Source: Nematocida ausubeli
Lineage: Eukaryota
Assembly: GCF_000738915.1 (NCBI RefSeq)
Contig: NW_026515636.1
Span: forward strand, 583,175 to 647,174
Reading direction: 5' to 3'
DNA length: 64,000 nt
In this document: positions 1 to 11,061 of the stretch, piece after piece
How the letters are laid out: each line of letters starts with the position of its first letter
How positions within the stretch are numbered: position 1 is the stretch's first letter
Program-made: the position numbers and the translations under genes
Notes under the pieces: model-generated
Seen by the model: only the letters and a program-made list of their open reading frames with translations
Told to the model about the DNA's origin: nothing
The model's database searches: none

Positions 1-263
1 TTCTCTCTTAGCATTTTCTTCTTCTTTCTTGCTGCTAGTCTTGCACTTCTGTTGGCTACTAGTACTTTTTGGGCCTCTTCGTCTCTCTTCTGGATGACTG
101 CCCGGAGTTCTCTCCTTTGGTCTCTTATTTCTGCCTTTTTGCTCCATGTATCTGCATGTCTATTCTTCTGTATCTCTTGTTTTCTCTTTCTTTCTTCAAT
201 ATCCATATCACTTCTGGTTCTTTCTATTTTCCTTCTGTGCGCGCAGTCTCGTTGTTTTGCCAT
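1..263 (-). CDS. 5' part of a basic, charged (coiled-coil-like) hypothetical protein running off the window edge
   Basis: ATG at 263 (minus). Open frame MAKQRDCAHRRKIERTRSDMDIEERKRKQEIQKNRH...ARKKKKMLRE reaches base 1 with no stop, so it is absent from the ORF track. The plus-strand ORFs here are its Ser/Phe/Leu-rich shadows. Confidence 0.7.
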   Translation of the reverse strand, partial: MAKQRDCAHRRKIERTRSDMDIEERKRKQEIQKNRHADTWSKKAEIRDQRRELRAVIQKRDEEAQKVLVANRSARLAARKKKKMLRE

Positions 264-451
264 TGATTTAATTATTTAAATTTTTGCACCCTGCTATTTA
301 GTGTTACTCAGCAAATAATTTTGTCGGGTGTTGAAAATATCACACATTAAAGGAGAAGAGTCTTATTATACTCCTCTCCTACATTTTACAGTTAATTTCT
401 TCTTTATTCTTATATACCACTGTGAATTTATCCTACAAAAATATTTTTACC

Positions 452-832
452 ATGGAAAACTCACCAGAGAATGCACTCCGGACAGGCTTAGATGCCTTAG
501 ATGCAGTAACTGAAAGAATTAGCATAGTCAATCAAATTGTAGACAGTATGAGAGAACTCCACCAGATAGACCAACCACAAAAAAACCAAGAAATCTCAGA
601 AGAATATTACTTATTTGAACTGAATAAGTGGATTACAATTAGTGCACACCAAAGCACAGAGTTAGAAATGAAAAATGAACTCCTTCTGGTCACTCAGAAG
701 AAGTATTTAGAGTCCCTAAAGAAACTCAAATTCCTTCAGACAGAAGTTGAAGCAGCAAATGAAAAGTACAAATACTACAAAGAACAAGCAGAACAATTAA
801 AAAGAACAAGAAATATTTCAGTTGGAAATTAA
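452..832 (+). CDS. hypothetical coiled-coil protein (126 aa)
   Basis: First ATG of ORF 422..832 is at 452; Glu/Lys/Gln-rich heptad pattern; divergent from the gene at 263. Confidence 0.7.
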   Translation: MENSPENALRTGLDALDAVTERISIVNQIVDSMRELHQIDQPQKNQEISEEYYLFELNKWITISAHQSTELEMKNELLLVTQKKYLESLKKLKFLQTEVEAANEKYKYYKEQAEQLKRTRNISVGN

Positions 833-976
833 AATACTAATTATACAACTAGGAATATACCTAATAAGACTGAATTAATATGTAAAAGTATGCAAAAACT
901 GTCTATTATTAATTCTCATGAATATCTCTATTCTAACTGCATAATACAGTCTACAATAAATTTGTACCCAAAATAC

Positions 977-1489
977 TCAGAATATCCTGCCTAGTGCATT
1001 GCAGTCCATTTTATTAAGGTCTTTACATTCAATGAACTCCTTGTTAGTCTTATCATATACATGAAATATCTCATCTATACCTGCCCTTATGTCTTCTGTA
1101 TTCTCATCCTTCGGGTATAAATTACTTGCAATTTCCTCTAAATCTGTTCTAGTAATTCTCCCGTCTACTGAGATTAAGTCAAAAAAGAATTTCACCTTCT
1201 CTTCATTCGTGGAATATTTACTGAAAATAGTAGCAGCAGATACAAACCCATTGAAGTCTATCTTCCCATCTTCATCACATATCTTCCTTATAACCCTCTC
1301 TCCAAATGGATTTATACTTATCTCCGGGATACATAGTAATTGGTCTACAAATATTCTTCCTATTTCTTCTTTATCTAGTTCTTTAAACCTAGTATAAAGA
1401 AGCTTTATTTGCTTAGGGGGTAACCTGCAGCCTGTCTGCCTTATAACCCTAATATCCTCCTTAGTCAATCCACTGAATACTGTTCCCAT
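977..1489 (-). CDS. CNB1: calcineurin B-like EF-hand regulatory subunit
   Basis: N-myristoylation-like start MGTVFS; LYTRFKELDK, IPEISINPFGERV, DEDGKIDFNGFV and EEKVKFFF match the calcineurin B pattern. Confidence 0.85.
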   Translation of the reverse strand: MGTVFSGLTKEDIRVIRQTGCRLPPKQIKLLYTRFKELDKEEIGRIFVDQLLCIPEISINPFGERVIRKICDEDGKIDFNGFVSAATIFSKYSTNEEKVKFFFDLISVDGRITRTDLEEIASNLYPKDENTEDIRAGIDEIFHVYDKTNKEFIECKDLNKMDCNALGRIF

Positions 1490-1526
1490 GCACTCTATTA
1501 ATATTTAAAATTTAATTGCCCAAGAA

Positions 1527-4250
1527 ATGCTCACAGGGAAAGGTGACACATATACGTATAAGACAGTGACTCTACCAAATGGAATTAGAACATTATTATC
1601 ACATAATCCAACAGCAGATAAGGCAGCTGTGGCTGTCTCAATTAAAGTAGGTAGTTATTCAGATCCTAGGCCACTGCCTGGTCTAGCCCACTTTCTTGAA
1701 CATATGTTGTTCATGGGAACAGAAGAACACCCAGATGAAAATGCATATATGGAATATATTCATATGCATAATGGGAATAGTAATGCAAATACAGCAGATG
1801 AAGTAACAAATTATTTCTATGATATAGATCCAGCGTACCTGAAAGAAAGTATGAAAATATTCAGTAGATTCTTTACATCACCACTTATCCGAGAAGATGC
1901 CCTAGCCAGGGAACTACAAGCAGTTAATAGTGAACACAGTGTAAATATACTAGCTGAGACATGGAGAAGATATCACCTACTTACACTTGTATCTAAGACA
2001 GATTCACCTGGTAGTAAATTTGGTACTGGTTCATCTGAGACACTCTCAACTGCCACCAGGGATGACTTGTTGTGCTTCTGGAAATATTTCTATAGACCTG
2101 ATAGGATGTGTCTATCCATACATGGGAGAGAATCCTTGGAAGAACTTGAAGAGTGGGCAATTGAGATGTTCTCGGATATAAAAGGACATGAGATAGAGTA
2201 TATCTGGGATGATATACCATATATACCACCAGTCTGCCAGAAGTATACACCTGGGGAATATTGTAGATTTAATGAATCATCACAGAATAAGCTTGTACTG
2301 TACAGGCCTGCAGTGCACCTTAATACAGACCACTCATCTATGTCTATTTGTATTCCACTACCTGAGTCAATCACTGGATACAGAAGAAAGACACATGAAT
2401 TCTTGGTTGAACTGATTGCTGGGACAGGTAAATCTGGCTTAGTATGCACTCTTCTTAAGGAAGGTATAGCCATAGACGTATCTGCTTATTTGGAGGAAAA
2501 TTCCTTCAGTAGTACACTTCATATTGTCATTGACTTAGTAGATGATAATAAGGCACAGACATTTATAATTCAGGAATTACTGAAGTATTACTTGGAAATG
2601 ATAAAAATATCTGTATCTTCTGATTTATATGGTGCCTTCAAGACCATCAGTAAGAAGGCATTTGATGCAGGTGAGTCCATTGAGCCACTTGAACTTGTAG
2701 AAATATCTGCCAGAAATATGCAATTTTATCCTACAGAAGAATTCATAAAGTACAGCCATATATGGGATGGTCTGGACTTGGAAGAATTTAATAGTGTGGT
2801 AGAAGTGGCCTTGGATGTGAGTAAGTGGGTGGTCATGTACTGTGCACGGAATATACATAGTCCAGAGAATATTCTAGTTGATGAAATCTATGGAATTAAT
2901 TATCTGATTGATGAGATGCCTTCTGGTGATCTCTCTCTACTAGGACAACTGAAGGAGAAGATTGAATGGTCATTTTTTGTTCCGTCTGATAAAGATGTGG
3001 CTGCTGCCAGGGAGGAAGGAGTCTCTGTTGTACTTGGATCTATTCCCACTAATATCCCAGAGTACCCGGAAGAGAGTATCTCTGTCTCTTGCATGGAAAT
3101 ATCTCAGCCTGGGTGCACTGGATACTTAGTACATAACCCTAAGTACAGGAATAATGCACAGATTCGCATGGTATTAGAGACTGACAGTTATCTTCTGGAT
3201 GAAAAGACACATGCTGCTGCTGTAGGATACTTCCAAGCATTTGTACAAATGTTCAGTGAGAAGTACAGACTAGATCTAATGGCATCTGTGCTTACGCTTG
3301 TGACAGTTGAGTCTGCAGTTGGATTTTCAATAAGATTCAGTGGGAGTCCTGTGGTAATTGAAGATTTAATTGAGAAGTTCTTCAGTGAGTACACGGCCCG
3401 TGATACACAGTTGTTTAGTCTAGCAAAGGAATCAGCAATTTCATACTTCCTTAAGCAGGTTAGAAATTCACCTTATAAGTGCAGCATACAAGGGATAAAT
3501 TACCTTGCAGGATATCCTATGTTTGATGCACACAAGCTCATGCAGGTCTCAAAGGACCTTCTGCCTGATGACTTGTTTGCTGTGAACCGGGCACAAGTCA
3601 AGGTGCTTGGTGTTGGGAACGTGACAAAAAAAGAGTTTGATCAGATTATAACGAGAATTGGGAAATATGTCACATTTACGCCTTATACACCTGCTTGGTC
3701 TGCTGTAGAAAAGGATATCACCCTGCCTACTGTGGACCTGCATAATATTGCAGTTACTGCAGTACACAGGATCTGTGCTGATAGTCTCCTAAAGGCAGTT
3801 GCACTGGGTACGCTTATCTCACAGATCTTCTCAGAGAGGTTCTTTGATGAACTTAGAACGAAGGAAGAGTACGGTTATATTGTGTTTATGTCGCATAAAG
3901 TGTTTATGCAGAAGGTTTATGTGCAATTTACAGTGCAAAGTACTCGGTCCCTTGATAATGTCACTAACCGGATTAGAGAGTTTGTTCTTGCCATGGAGAA
4001 ACGAGTCTCTGAGATGCCTTCTGAAGAGTTTTTGGCGCACAAGAATAGTGCAATCCTGGCTGTCAAGGAAGAAACAATTAACTTGGAGGATTATGCCACA
4101 GAGATATTCCATTACTGGCTGTGCATGGGATTCAACTTGGAAAATAAGAATGAAATTGCTGCAGAGATTGAAAAGATATCAAAAGAAAACATCCTGGAAT
4201 ACTCCAAGAGCATGTCCCACCTGATGATCATACAGGCCACTAAGCCCTAA
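1527..4250 (+). CDS. M16 family zinc metallopeptidase (insulin-degrading enzyme/Ste23-like)
   Basis: GLAHFLEHMLFMGT (HxxEH), ELQAVNSEH, KFGTGS, FFDELRTKEEYGYIV. Confidence 0.95.
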   Translation: MLTGKGDTYTYKTVTLPNGIRTLLSHNPTADKAAVAVSIKVGSYSDPRPLPGLAHFLEHMLFMGTEEHPDENAYMEYIHMHNGNSNANTADEVTNYFYDIDPAYLKESMKIFSRFFTSPLIREDALARELQAVNSEHSVNILAETWRRYHLLTLVSKTDSPGSKFGTGSSETLSTATRDDLLCFWKYFYRPDRMCLSIHGRESLEELEEWAIEMFSDIKGHEIEYIWDDIPYIPPVCQKYTPGEYCRFNESSQNKLVLYRPAVHLNTDHSSMSICIPLPESITGYRRKTHEFLVELIAGTGKSGLVCTLLKEGIAIDVSAYLEENSFSSTLHIVIDLVDDNKAQTFIIQELLKYYLEMIKISVSSDLYGAFKTISKKAFDAGESIEPLELVEISARNMQFYPTEEFIKYSHIWDGLDLEEFNSVVEVALDVSKWVVMYCARNIHSPENILVDEIYGINYLIDEMPSGDLSLLGQLKEKIEWSFFVPSDKDVAAAREEGVSVVLGSIPTNIPEYPEESISVSCMEISQPGCTGYLVHNPKYRNNAQIRMVLETDSYLLDEKTHAAAVGYFQAFVQMFSEKYRLDLMASVLTLVTVESAVGFSIRFSGSPVVIEDLIEKFFSEYTARDTQLFSLAKESAISYFLKQVRNSPYKCSIQGINYLAGYPMFDAHKLMQVSKDLLPDDLFAVNRAQVKVLGVGNVTKKEFDQIITRIGKYVTFTPYTPAWSAVEKDITLPTVDLHNIAVTAVHRICADSLLKAVALGTLISQIFSERFFDELRTKEEYGYIVFMSHKVFMQKVYVQFTVQSTRSLDNVTNRIREFVLAMEKRVSEMPSEEFLAHKNSAILAVKEETINLEDYATEIFHYWLCMGFNLENKNEIAAEIEKISKENILEYSKSMSHLMIIQATKP

Positions 4251-4431
4251 GCAAAGACTATACTCTCTGACTTCTTTCATTACAGGATTTCTTTGCAAGA
4301 TTTGTACCTTTCTATGCGAAATAGAAGGAATTTTACCCTAGAATAATAAAAGCCTTCAAATTTCTTATTTTTTGTACAGTTTAAATCTTAGTTTACAAAA
4401 AAATAAACAAGAAAATATAACACAAAACGTA

Positions 4432-4679
4432 GATAAGAGTACTTGTCAAGCGAGTTTTATCTTTGTCACATTTTATAAGTGCTTTTGGTGACTGTTATTT
4501 TTTGTCTTTCCATTGAATATATTCTTACTATTATTGACATATAACCCACCTTCTATTAATATTTTCATATGACTATAGTCTAGTATATAAAGAATCTTTT
4601 AGAAAGTGGAAATTTGGAGTCTCAGAGTCACAATGTAATAAGATCTCACAATCTATATTATGGTCCTTCAGTGGTTTAT
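4432..4679 (-). repeat. dispersed non-coding element, subfamily A, copy A3 (inverted)
   Basis: Reverse complement aligns colinearly with 62763-63030 (ATAAACCAC, AATTT(C)CACTTTC, AAGATTC, ATATGTCAA, AGTAAGAA, ACAGTCACCAA). Confidence 0.75.
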
Positions 4680-4887
4680 ATGCAATTTACTCTGGTTCTA
4701 AACTATATTCAAAAAGCATAAATACAGTTTAAATTTTAATGAAAATTAACGGCTTCTGTCTATAAGAATAAATGCACATCTACAGCATAAATTCTCTGGG
4801 AAATTGTTAGTTTAACTGAAACTTTTTCAACAATCACACAGTACAACAGTATATAACTATCTATAGGATATACAAGACAGTCTACAT

Positions 4888-4906
4888 TTCGGGTTATATC
4901 GGGTTA
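4888..4906 (+). repeat. TTCGGGTTATATCGGGTT motif, copy 1
   Basis: Exact 18-mer shared with 56606-56623 and with the reverse complement of 63296-63313. Confidence 0.85.
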
Positions 4907-5823
4907 TATTTATACTCTTTGTCTTCTGCTCTGAATATTTTACTAATTGAATTATTAGAATTCTGCTGCATCTGGCTCTCTTAATATGCCTCAGTGACTA
5001 ATTATTCTTAGAAGCACTCTCTAGGACATACCAGAAATAATTAACTCTATGAAGGAAGTCATTTATAAACTGTTTTCACTTAAATCTCAATCTGTTTAAG
5101 TGGTTTAAAAGAAGGTTTAAAAGAAGAAATATCTTCTTTAACTGACCTAAACTAACCTGATAATCACGAGAAGATAACTAGCCCAATTATGCAATGAATT
5201 AGTCATTAGTCTGTCTATACAATAGTATCCATAAAAACTCAAAATAACCCAAATATTCTTTACAACCCATGAACCAGAATTAAAATATTCTCAATACATC
5301 TAAATATACAGGATTAGTCTAATTTAAGAGATAAATAAATATACATTCCAGGATAACAGACAAAACAGAAGCACATATTTGAATATCACACTTATTCATT
5401 ACTGTTTTAAGCACAAATTCACAAAATATTCACAAAAATCCTCTTAACCCAGTATACTACAATACTAAAATATTCAAATAAATAGAAATACCAAATATAA
5501 CAGAGTAATACACATATAAAATTATCTAATAGAATAATACCCTTATATAAATACAATAGAACAAAACACAAAATATTCTTCTATTTTCCAACTACCACAA
5601 ATAATTTCCATCAGAGTACTACAGTACAAGAAATAATAAAATCCAAAAAATACAAATAAATCAATTAGAATCCAAAAGTACCCAAAATACTACTCAAATA
5701 AGAAATACTACTAATATACCTTCCTCCACCATAAATACTCATACTTTCCAAATTTTTATTAATACCCATCTGAACTGACAGAAAATATTTATAATTTTAT
5801 TTTTCTTTTTGCAGACAAGGGCA

Positions 5824-6816
5824 ATGATACAAAACCAAGTAGAGTGCTATGAAATAGATGGAAACACAATATATAAAAAAGTAGACCTTCCAAAGGTATT
5901 CTCCATTCCAGTGAGAAGCGACTTAGTATGCACAGTGCACGACATGGTTAAGAGAAACACCAGGCAGCCATACGCAGTTGACCCAATGGCCGGTATGAGA
6001 CACTCAGCACATTCCTGGGGAACAGGAAGAGCACTAGCAAGAGTACCCCGTGTGTCAGGAGGAGGTACCCAGAGAGCAGGACAGGGAGCCTTTGCTAACT
6101 TCTGTAGAAAAGGTAGAATGGCAAGTCCAACTACCGTCCTAAGAAGATGGTTCAGAAAGACAACCAAGAATACTAGAAGACATGCAGCAGCAATGGCCGT
6201 AGCAGCCACTGCATCCCCTGCCTTAGTTGAGAGCAGAGGACATATTATTGCCAACCAGAAGAGTATCCCAATAGTAGTCTCAAATGAGATTGAGTCTCTT
6301 AAGAGAACTAAACAGGCACTTGAACTCATCAACAACTTCTCACTTGCTGAGGAGGTTGAAAGAGTTAAGAACAGTAAGGCAATCAGAGCTGGTAAGGGTA
6401 AGGCACGTAACAGAAGATGGGTCATGAGAAGAGGAGTCCTTGTAATCTACAAGGAGGACAAGGGAATCACCAGGGCATTCAGAAATATCCCAGGAATTGA
6501 CCTTATGCCAGTAGACCAGCTTGACCTTTTGAAGCTAGCACCAGGAGGCCACCTTGGTAGACTTGTAGTCTGGACTGAGGGAGCATTTGAGAGACTCAGA
6601 GAACTCTTTGGGGACGACGGTTTGGCTGCAGTTAAGACAGGATACAGACTACCAGAGTCTAAGATTAGCTGCGCAGATGTGAAAGTTCTGCTGAAGTCAG
6701 AGGAAATTGTGGCACTGTTTGACAAGAAGCCTTGCTTGACTATTAGAAAGAGAAAGGCAGACCCACAGGCAGTAGCAGCAATTAACCCGTACTTTGAGCT
6801 TTTCAACACGGTTTAA
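5824..6816 (+). CDS. RPL4: 60S ribosomal protein L4 (uL4)
   Basis: SAHSWGTGRALARVPRVSGGGTQRAGQGAFANFCRKGRM, RAGKGKARNRR, LLKLAPGGHLGR. First ATG at 5824, preceded by GGG. Confidence 0.97.
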   Translation: MIQNQVECYEIDGNTIYKKVDLPKVFSIPVRSDLVCTVHDMVKRNTRQPYAVDPMAGMRHSAHSWGTGRALARVPRVSGGGTQRAGQGAFANFCRKGRMASPTTVLRRWFRKTTKNTRRHAAAMAVAATASPALVESRGHIIANQKSIPIVVSNEIESLKRTKQALELINNFSLAEEVERVKNSKAIRAGKGKARNRRWVMRRGVLVIYKEDKGITRAFRNIPGIDLMPVDQLDLLKLAPGGHLGRLVVWTEGAFERLRELFGDDGLAAVKTGYRLPESKISCADVKVLLKSEEIVALFDKKPCLTIRKRKADPQAVAAINPYFELFNTV

Positions 6817-6821
6817 ATAAA
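6816..6821 (+). terminator. AATAAA polyadenylation signal overlapping the RPL4 stop codon (same arrangement at RPS21, TPI, CHL1 and the 63330 gene)
   Basis: GTT TAA ATAAA. Poly(A) signals at or next to the stop are established for microsporidia. Confidence 0.6.
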
Positions 6822-6843
6822 CTATCATTTACCAAAATTATTT

Positions 6844-7506
6844 ATGGGAGAGAGAAGACACGCACGAGTGACTTTAGTTAAAGTACCACGTATCTTGGAG
6901 GAATGTCTGGAGGAATATGCTGAGGCACTGGAGATAGGAACAATAGAAGAGAGAGGTGACTCTAATGTTCTTAAAATAAGCCCACACATTGGACCACAGA
7001 ACTTCCCCAGAGAGTGGATTATTGAGCCCCTGGAGAATAAGACGGGAATATTTACTTTTGTACAAAAACCACACGGGGCATTCATTGATGGAGTAATAAC
7101 AGATGAAGTATATGCTAAGCCAAAGATAACCCCAGAATATTTAAAGTACAAAAGAGAAAGGAATGCAGCACAGAACATAAAAGCAGACGTAAAGGCAGTA
7201 GACAGCCTGAAGGAAGGCATTCGCATGGAGAGGTACGGTGCCACAGAGTATGACCTAATGGCCCGTAAGAGAAAGAAGATGCTCATGGAAAAGAAAAGAG
7301 AAAGACTTTCAAAGACAGAAGTCATGGATATTCTGTTCAGGGCATTCGAAGAGTACCCTTACTGGTCAGTCAAAGACCTGGCTGATAGGTCTGGGCAACC
7401 ACTTGCATACATCCAGGAACTTCTGCCTGGGATTGCAGTGCTGAACAAAAAAGCACACAGGAATATGTACGAACTAAAGCCAGAGTACAAGAGTGGCACT
7501 AATTAA
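6844..7506 (+). CDS. TFG2: transcription initiation factor TFIIF beta subunit (RAP30/Tfg2)
   Basis: N-terminal LVKVP; C-terminal winged helix RERLSKTEVMDILFRAFEEYPYWSVKDL...QP...YELKPEYK. Confidence 0.9.
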   Translation: MGERRHARVTLVKVPRILEECLEEYAEALEIGTIEERGDSNVLKISPHIGPQNFPREWIIEPLENKTGIFTFVQKPHGAFIDGVITDEVYAKPKITPEYLKYKRERNAAQNIKADVKAVDSLKEGIRMERYGATEYDLMARKRKKMLMEKKRERLSKTEVMDILFRAFEEYPYWSVKDLADRSGQPLAYIQELLPGIAVLNKKAHRNMYELKPEYKSGTN

Positions 7507-7542
7507 GCAGAGTGTCCAATTGTTAGTGGGTATATGGGGTGG

Positions 7543-7765
7543 GAAATTTCACTTACAAAATATAACGGAAATTAACTGAAATTGACTAAGATTAACGGAA
7601 ATTGACTGAAAGTAACTGAAATTTCACTTACAAAATATAACGGAAATAACTAAAAATAACTGAGATTAATGGAAATCAACTGAAATTAACGGAAATTAAC
7701 TGAAATTAATGGAAATTGACTAAGATTGACTGAGATTAACTGAAATTAAAATGGAAATTGACTGT
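7543..7765 (+). repeat. degenerate 10-bp minisatellite (consensus AACTGAAATT) with an embedded ~30-bp direct repeat
   Basis: Units aacggaaatt/aactgaaatt/gactaagatt etc.; GAAATTTCACTTACAAAATATAACGGAAAT at 7543 and 7618. Confidence 0.9.
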
Positions 7766-8749
7766 GTAGTGATAATATGTCTATTTGTATGGATATAACT
7801 CGAATGCCAGAGTATAAGATATTTTTAGATGTAGTCAGGCACTAAAATTAACTTGTTCTCATGGCTTATCTTGTTGCAATTCTATGCTTGTGGCCGTACT
7901 ATGCTTGTATAGAACCATTTATGGGGAATTTCATACAGTGGGATATTTTGTACGGCAGAAGGGAAATAAATAGTCTATTTATATGCCAGAATCTATAAAT
8001 ATAGATTATATTTGTGATTTTGTAGGGAATTATAGCATATTAATGAGATTGGATTAATCTGCTGGCTTATTCTCTTTGTCTCTGTGGGTTCTGTCTTTAT
8101 TATTTTTTTGCTTTGACCTTTCTCTTCTGCTTGTATGAGGGGTAGAATAGAGTATTAAGCAGTGAATTTTCTATATTATTCTCTGGGTCTGTATCTCATC
8201 TATTTTATCTTATATTATATGTGCTTAGTTATTCTCTTGTGTTGCCCTTTGGTATTCCCATTTTATTACTTCTTTATGCTTTTTATCTTAAAATATTCAT
8301 ATACTTTGAAATGTATATTTCTTTAATAAAGATGCTTTCTTATTGAATATTAGACATGTTTACTAGAGTCTTATTACTTTATATCTGGTTTATAGCTAAA
8401 TAATCTGTAAAATCGCATAGATTTGAGAGTATTTTCCAGAAGATATTCTTTGATGAATAGAAATATGATTAATTATGTACTGATTTGGTAGATGTAATCT
8501 GAATAATAAAGTGTATTTGTATGCGAAAATAAACTTCTTTATGGTATATTGTTACAGCTAAAACTAGAACAGAAATGAAAAATAGACTTATACTTCTGAT
8601 CTAGTTGAAAATATATATCACAGAGGCAGAGAAACACATAGAAATATCTTCATTGAATTTGCTATTTACATCCATACATAAATACCATTTAGATCTATAT
8701 TTTCAGATCAATATCTGTCTATAGTTAGAATTCACAGGATTATTTTTAA

Positions 8750-10276
8750 ATGAAAAAAGAACTTTTCTACTTCGTACTTATAGGGATATTTAAAGAAATA
8801 TCCGGAACAAATTTCACTATTTCATACCCACAGGTAACCACCTTCAATACAGACTTAGCTTTACAAATACCATGTGAACCATTAAACAGCACACTCGCAA
8901 ATATCAATGTAGATTATATTGAAAGTATCCCGGGAATACTCCAAAATGAAATTGATATTTCTCAAAATGTCTCTAGGATAGACGTAGACAAGGAATTCTT
9001 TCATATGGAAGACAGAAAATCTCATCATATTATCTTTAAGGATAAATTCTACTTTGGAAAACCCCTATGGATGCATAATGCAAGTGCAGGCAAGCACTTT
9101 TTGCTGAAAATAATTCAAACCAACAAGCCAGTTAAGAGTCTTGAAATGTGCAAGAATCCAGAAAGAATTACCCTTATATATGGAATGATAAAAGGATCAT
9201 CCATGAAGAGCATGCCCTTTATTATCAGTTCTCTGTCAGAAAAGGGTGAAATCACAGATGTAAATTCAGAAAACTACATTCCACAAGAAATTTCTCTAAC
9301 GGATATTCATACTCTCATACTACAAGGCTCTACTAGATCTATTATATCTCAAAAATACCTTCAAAAATCAATTAACTACTTGTCTAGTAGTATAGAATCA
9401 ATAGAACCTTTTAATTTAAAGTCAATTAGAGAGAATCTAACTGAAATAGAGCATGTAGTAAGGATACACCTAGCATCAATTATTTATGAAATGAATAATG
9501 CACTAGATGCACTGGAAATAACTCCATTTTCAAATGATGCAATCAATAGTTTTGCATCTTATAAGAAAACCATTGAAAAAGACGACACTCCAAAGTCTCT
9601 CCAGGAAGAAAGAAAATTCGTTAAAGAAAATCCAAAAATATTCCAGCATGATATAAACACTGCGAAGTACATGAAGGTTCTTATGTACAATACAGTCTAT
9701 CAGATTGTACGCCACATAAAATATTCCATGAAAATCACACAGATTTTTAACCTAGCCAATAAGACATTCATATACGACCATACTAATAATGAACTCTCAG
9801 CCCTTTATGATATTGCACAGCGTATAGATGACTTTGACCCGTACAGTATTGATAATAATGGTCTTAGGAATGTACAAAATACTGTGAAAGATGCAATCTT
9901 AATGCACTATAATCTTATGATCTTATTGAAACTTGGAATAGTCCCTAGAATGATTGAGCTAAGAGGCAGTACAAAAGACTATTATGAAAGTATTGGGAAC
10001 CCAGGCAATACTAAGACTATGAAGAATTATCATAAAAATGCAGGTAGAATGGTTAGCTTCCTTAAGCATAGTTTGAGCCGAGAGAAAAGAATTGAAAATT
10101 CATTGAAAAATCAATTGAATACTGTAACTGCCTGCATAGACAGGAGGGATAAAGGGAAAGAATGTGACAGTTATGAAGAAAAAGAGAAAAAAATGAGCAT
10201 GGCCATTAATTCAATGAAAAATGAGATAGTAGCAATGTCAAGCAGAAATGCAATTAGACTTCGAAAGAAGCCTTAA
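8750..10276 (+). CDS. hypothetical secreted protein (508 aa)
   Basis: Long ORF; signal-peptide-like MKKELFYFVLIGIFKEISG; several NxS/T sequons; no recognisable domain. Confidence 0.8.
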   Translation: MKKELFYFVLIGIFKEISGTNFTISYPQVTTFNTDLALQIPCEPLNSTLANINVDYIESIPGILQNEIDISQNVSRIDVDKEFFHMEDRKSHHIIFKDKFYFGKPLWMHNASAGKHFLLKIIQTNKPVKSLEMCKNPERITLIYGMIKGSSMKSMPFIISSLSEKGEITDVNSENYIPQEISLTDIHTLILQGSTRSIISQKYLQKSINYLSSSIESIEPFNLKSIRENLTEIEHVVRIHLASIIYEMNNALDALEITPFSNDAINSFASYKKTIEKDDTPKSLQEERKFVKENPKIFQHDINTAKYMKVLMYNTVYQIVRHIKYSMKITQIFNLANKTFIYDHTNNELSALYDIAQRIDDFDPYSIDNNGLRNVQNTVKDAILMHYNLMILLKLGIVPRMIELRGSTKDYYESIGNPGNTKTMKNYHKNAGRMVSFLKHSLSREKRIENSLKNQLNTVTACIDRRDKGKECDSYEEKEKKMSMAINSMKNEIVAMSSRNAIRLRKKP

Positions 10277-11061
10277 ATACATCTGCTTAATACAACAGAT
10301 TACCAGGTCTTATTAAGAGTTATATCTGGTTATATCTAGTTATATTCTAATAAGAGTATTTTCTCTAATGCACACTTATAGAAGCACTTTGCAGTCATGA
10401 AATCTGCTGAAAATAATGTGCAATTTCCGTTAGAAACGGTTTAAATAAATATTTCTTTCGAAAAAAGAGTATTTTTCTGCATATTTGTCAGTTTCCCATG
10501 CAGTATCTAGATAAACTCCTTTCTAAATCAGTAATATAATCAGTATATTCTATTGTACTTCTGGTTTTATCTGTGATTTAGTAATTTAGTGGTATAATAT
10601 TAACTAGAACCTGTCAGAAGGTTTAGAAATAACAAGAAATAAATTATACAGTAGATATAATATAAACCTAAAAATACACCATAAATAACTCATTCCTGTA
10701 TGATAAATACTGAATATATCTATTACTCAGATACACTATTCCATAGGGAACCATTCTGCAAGAAAAATAAATAGTTAAAGAATCTGTAAGACACCAGAGA
10801 GAAAATACATTTCAGAAGGACAATTTAACAAGATCAAATTGATTGAAATATAAATATATCTGGTTATTAATGAAAAATACCGTTATAATTAGTCATAAAT
10901 ACTTATCTATTCTTAGTGAAATATACAGTCTTCTAATTGGATTATTCTTTATACAGTACATCTGTAAATTAATAGTATAAATTTAAATAAATTACTGCAG
11001 TAAAAAGACCTAGTCTGCAGGATAAACTACTTAAATATTTTCATTCTCTTCAGATCTTGCA

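Noticed and set aside
4888..4910. Interstitial telomeric repeat (GGGTTA)
   Set aside because: Cores are separated by TATC; there is no tandem TTAGGG run.
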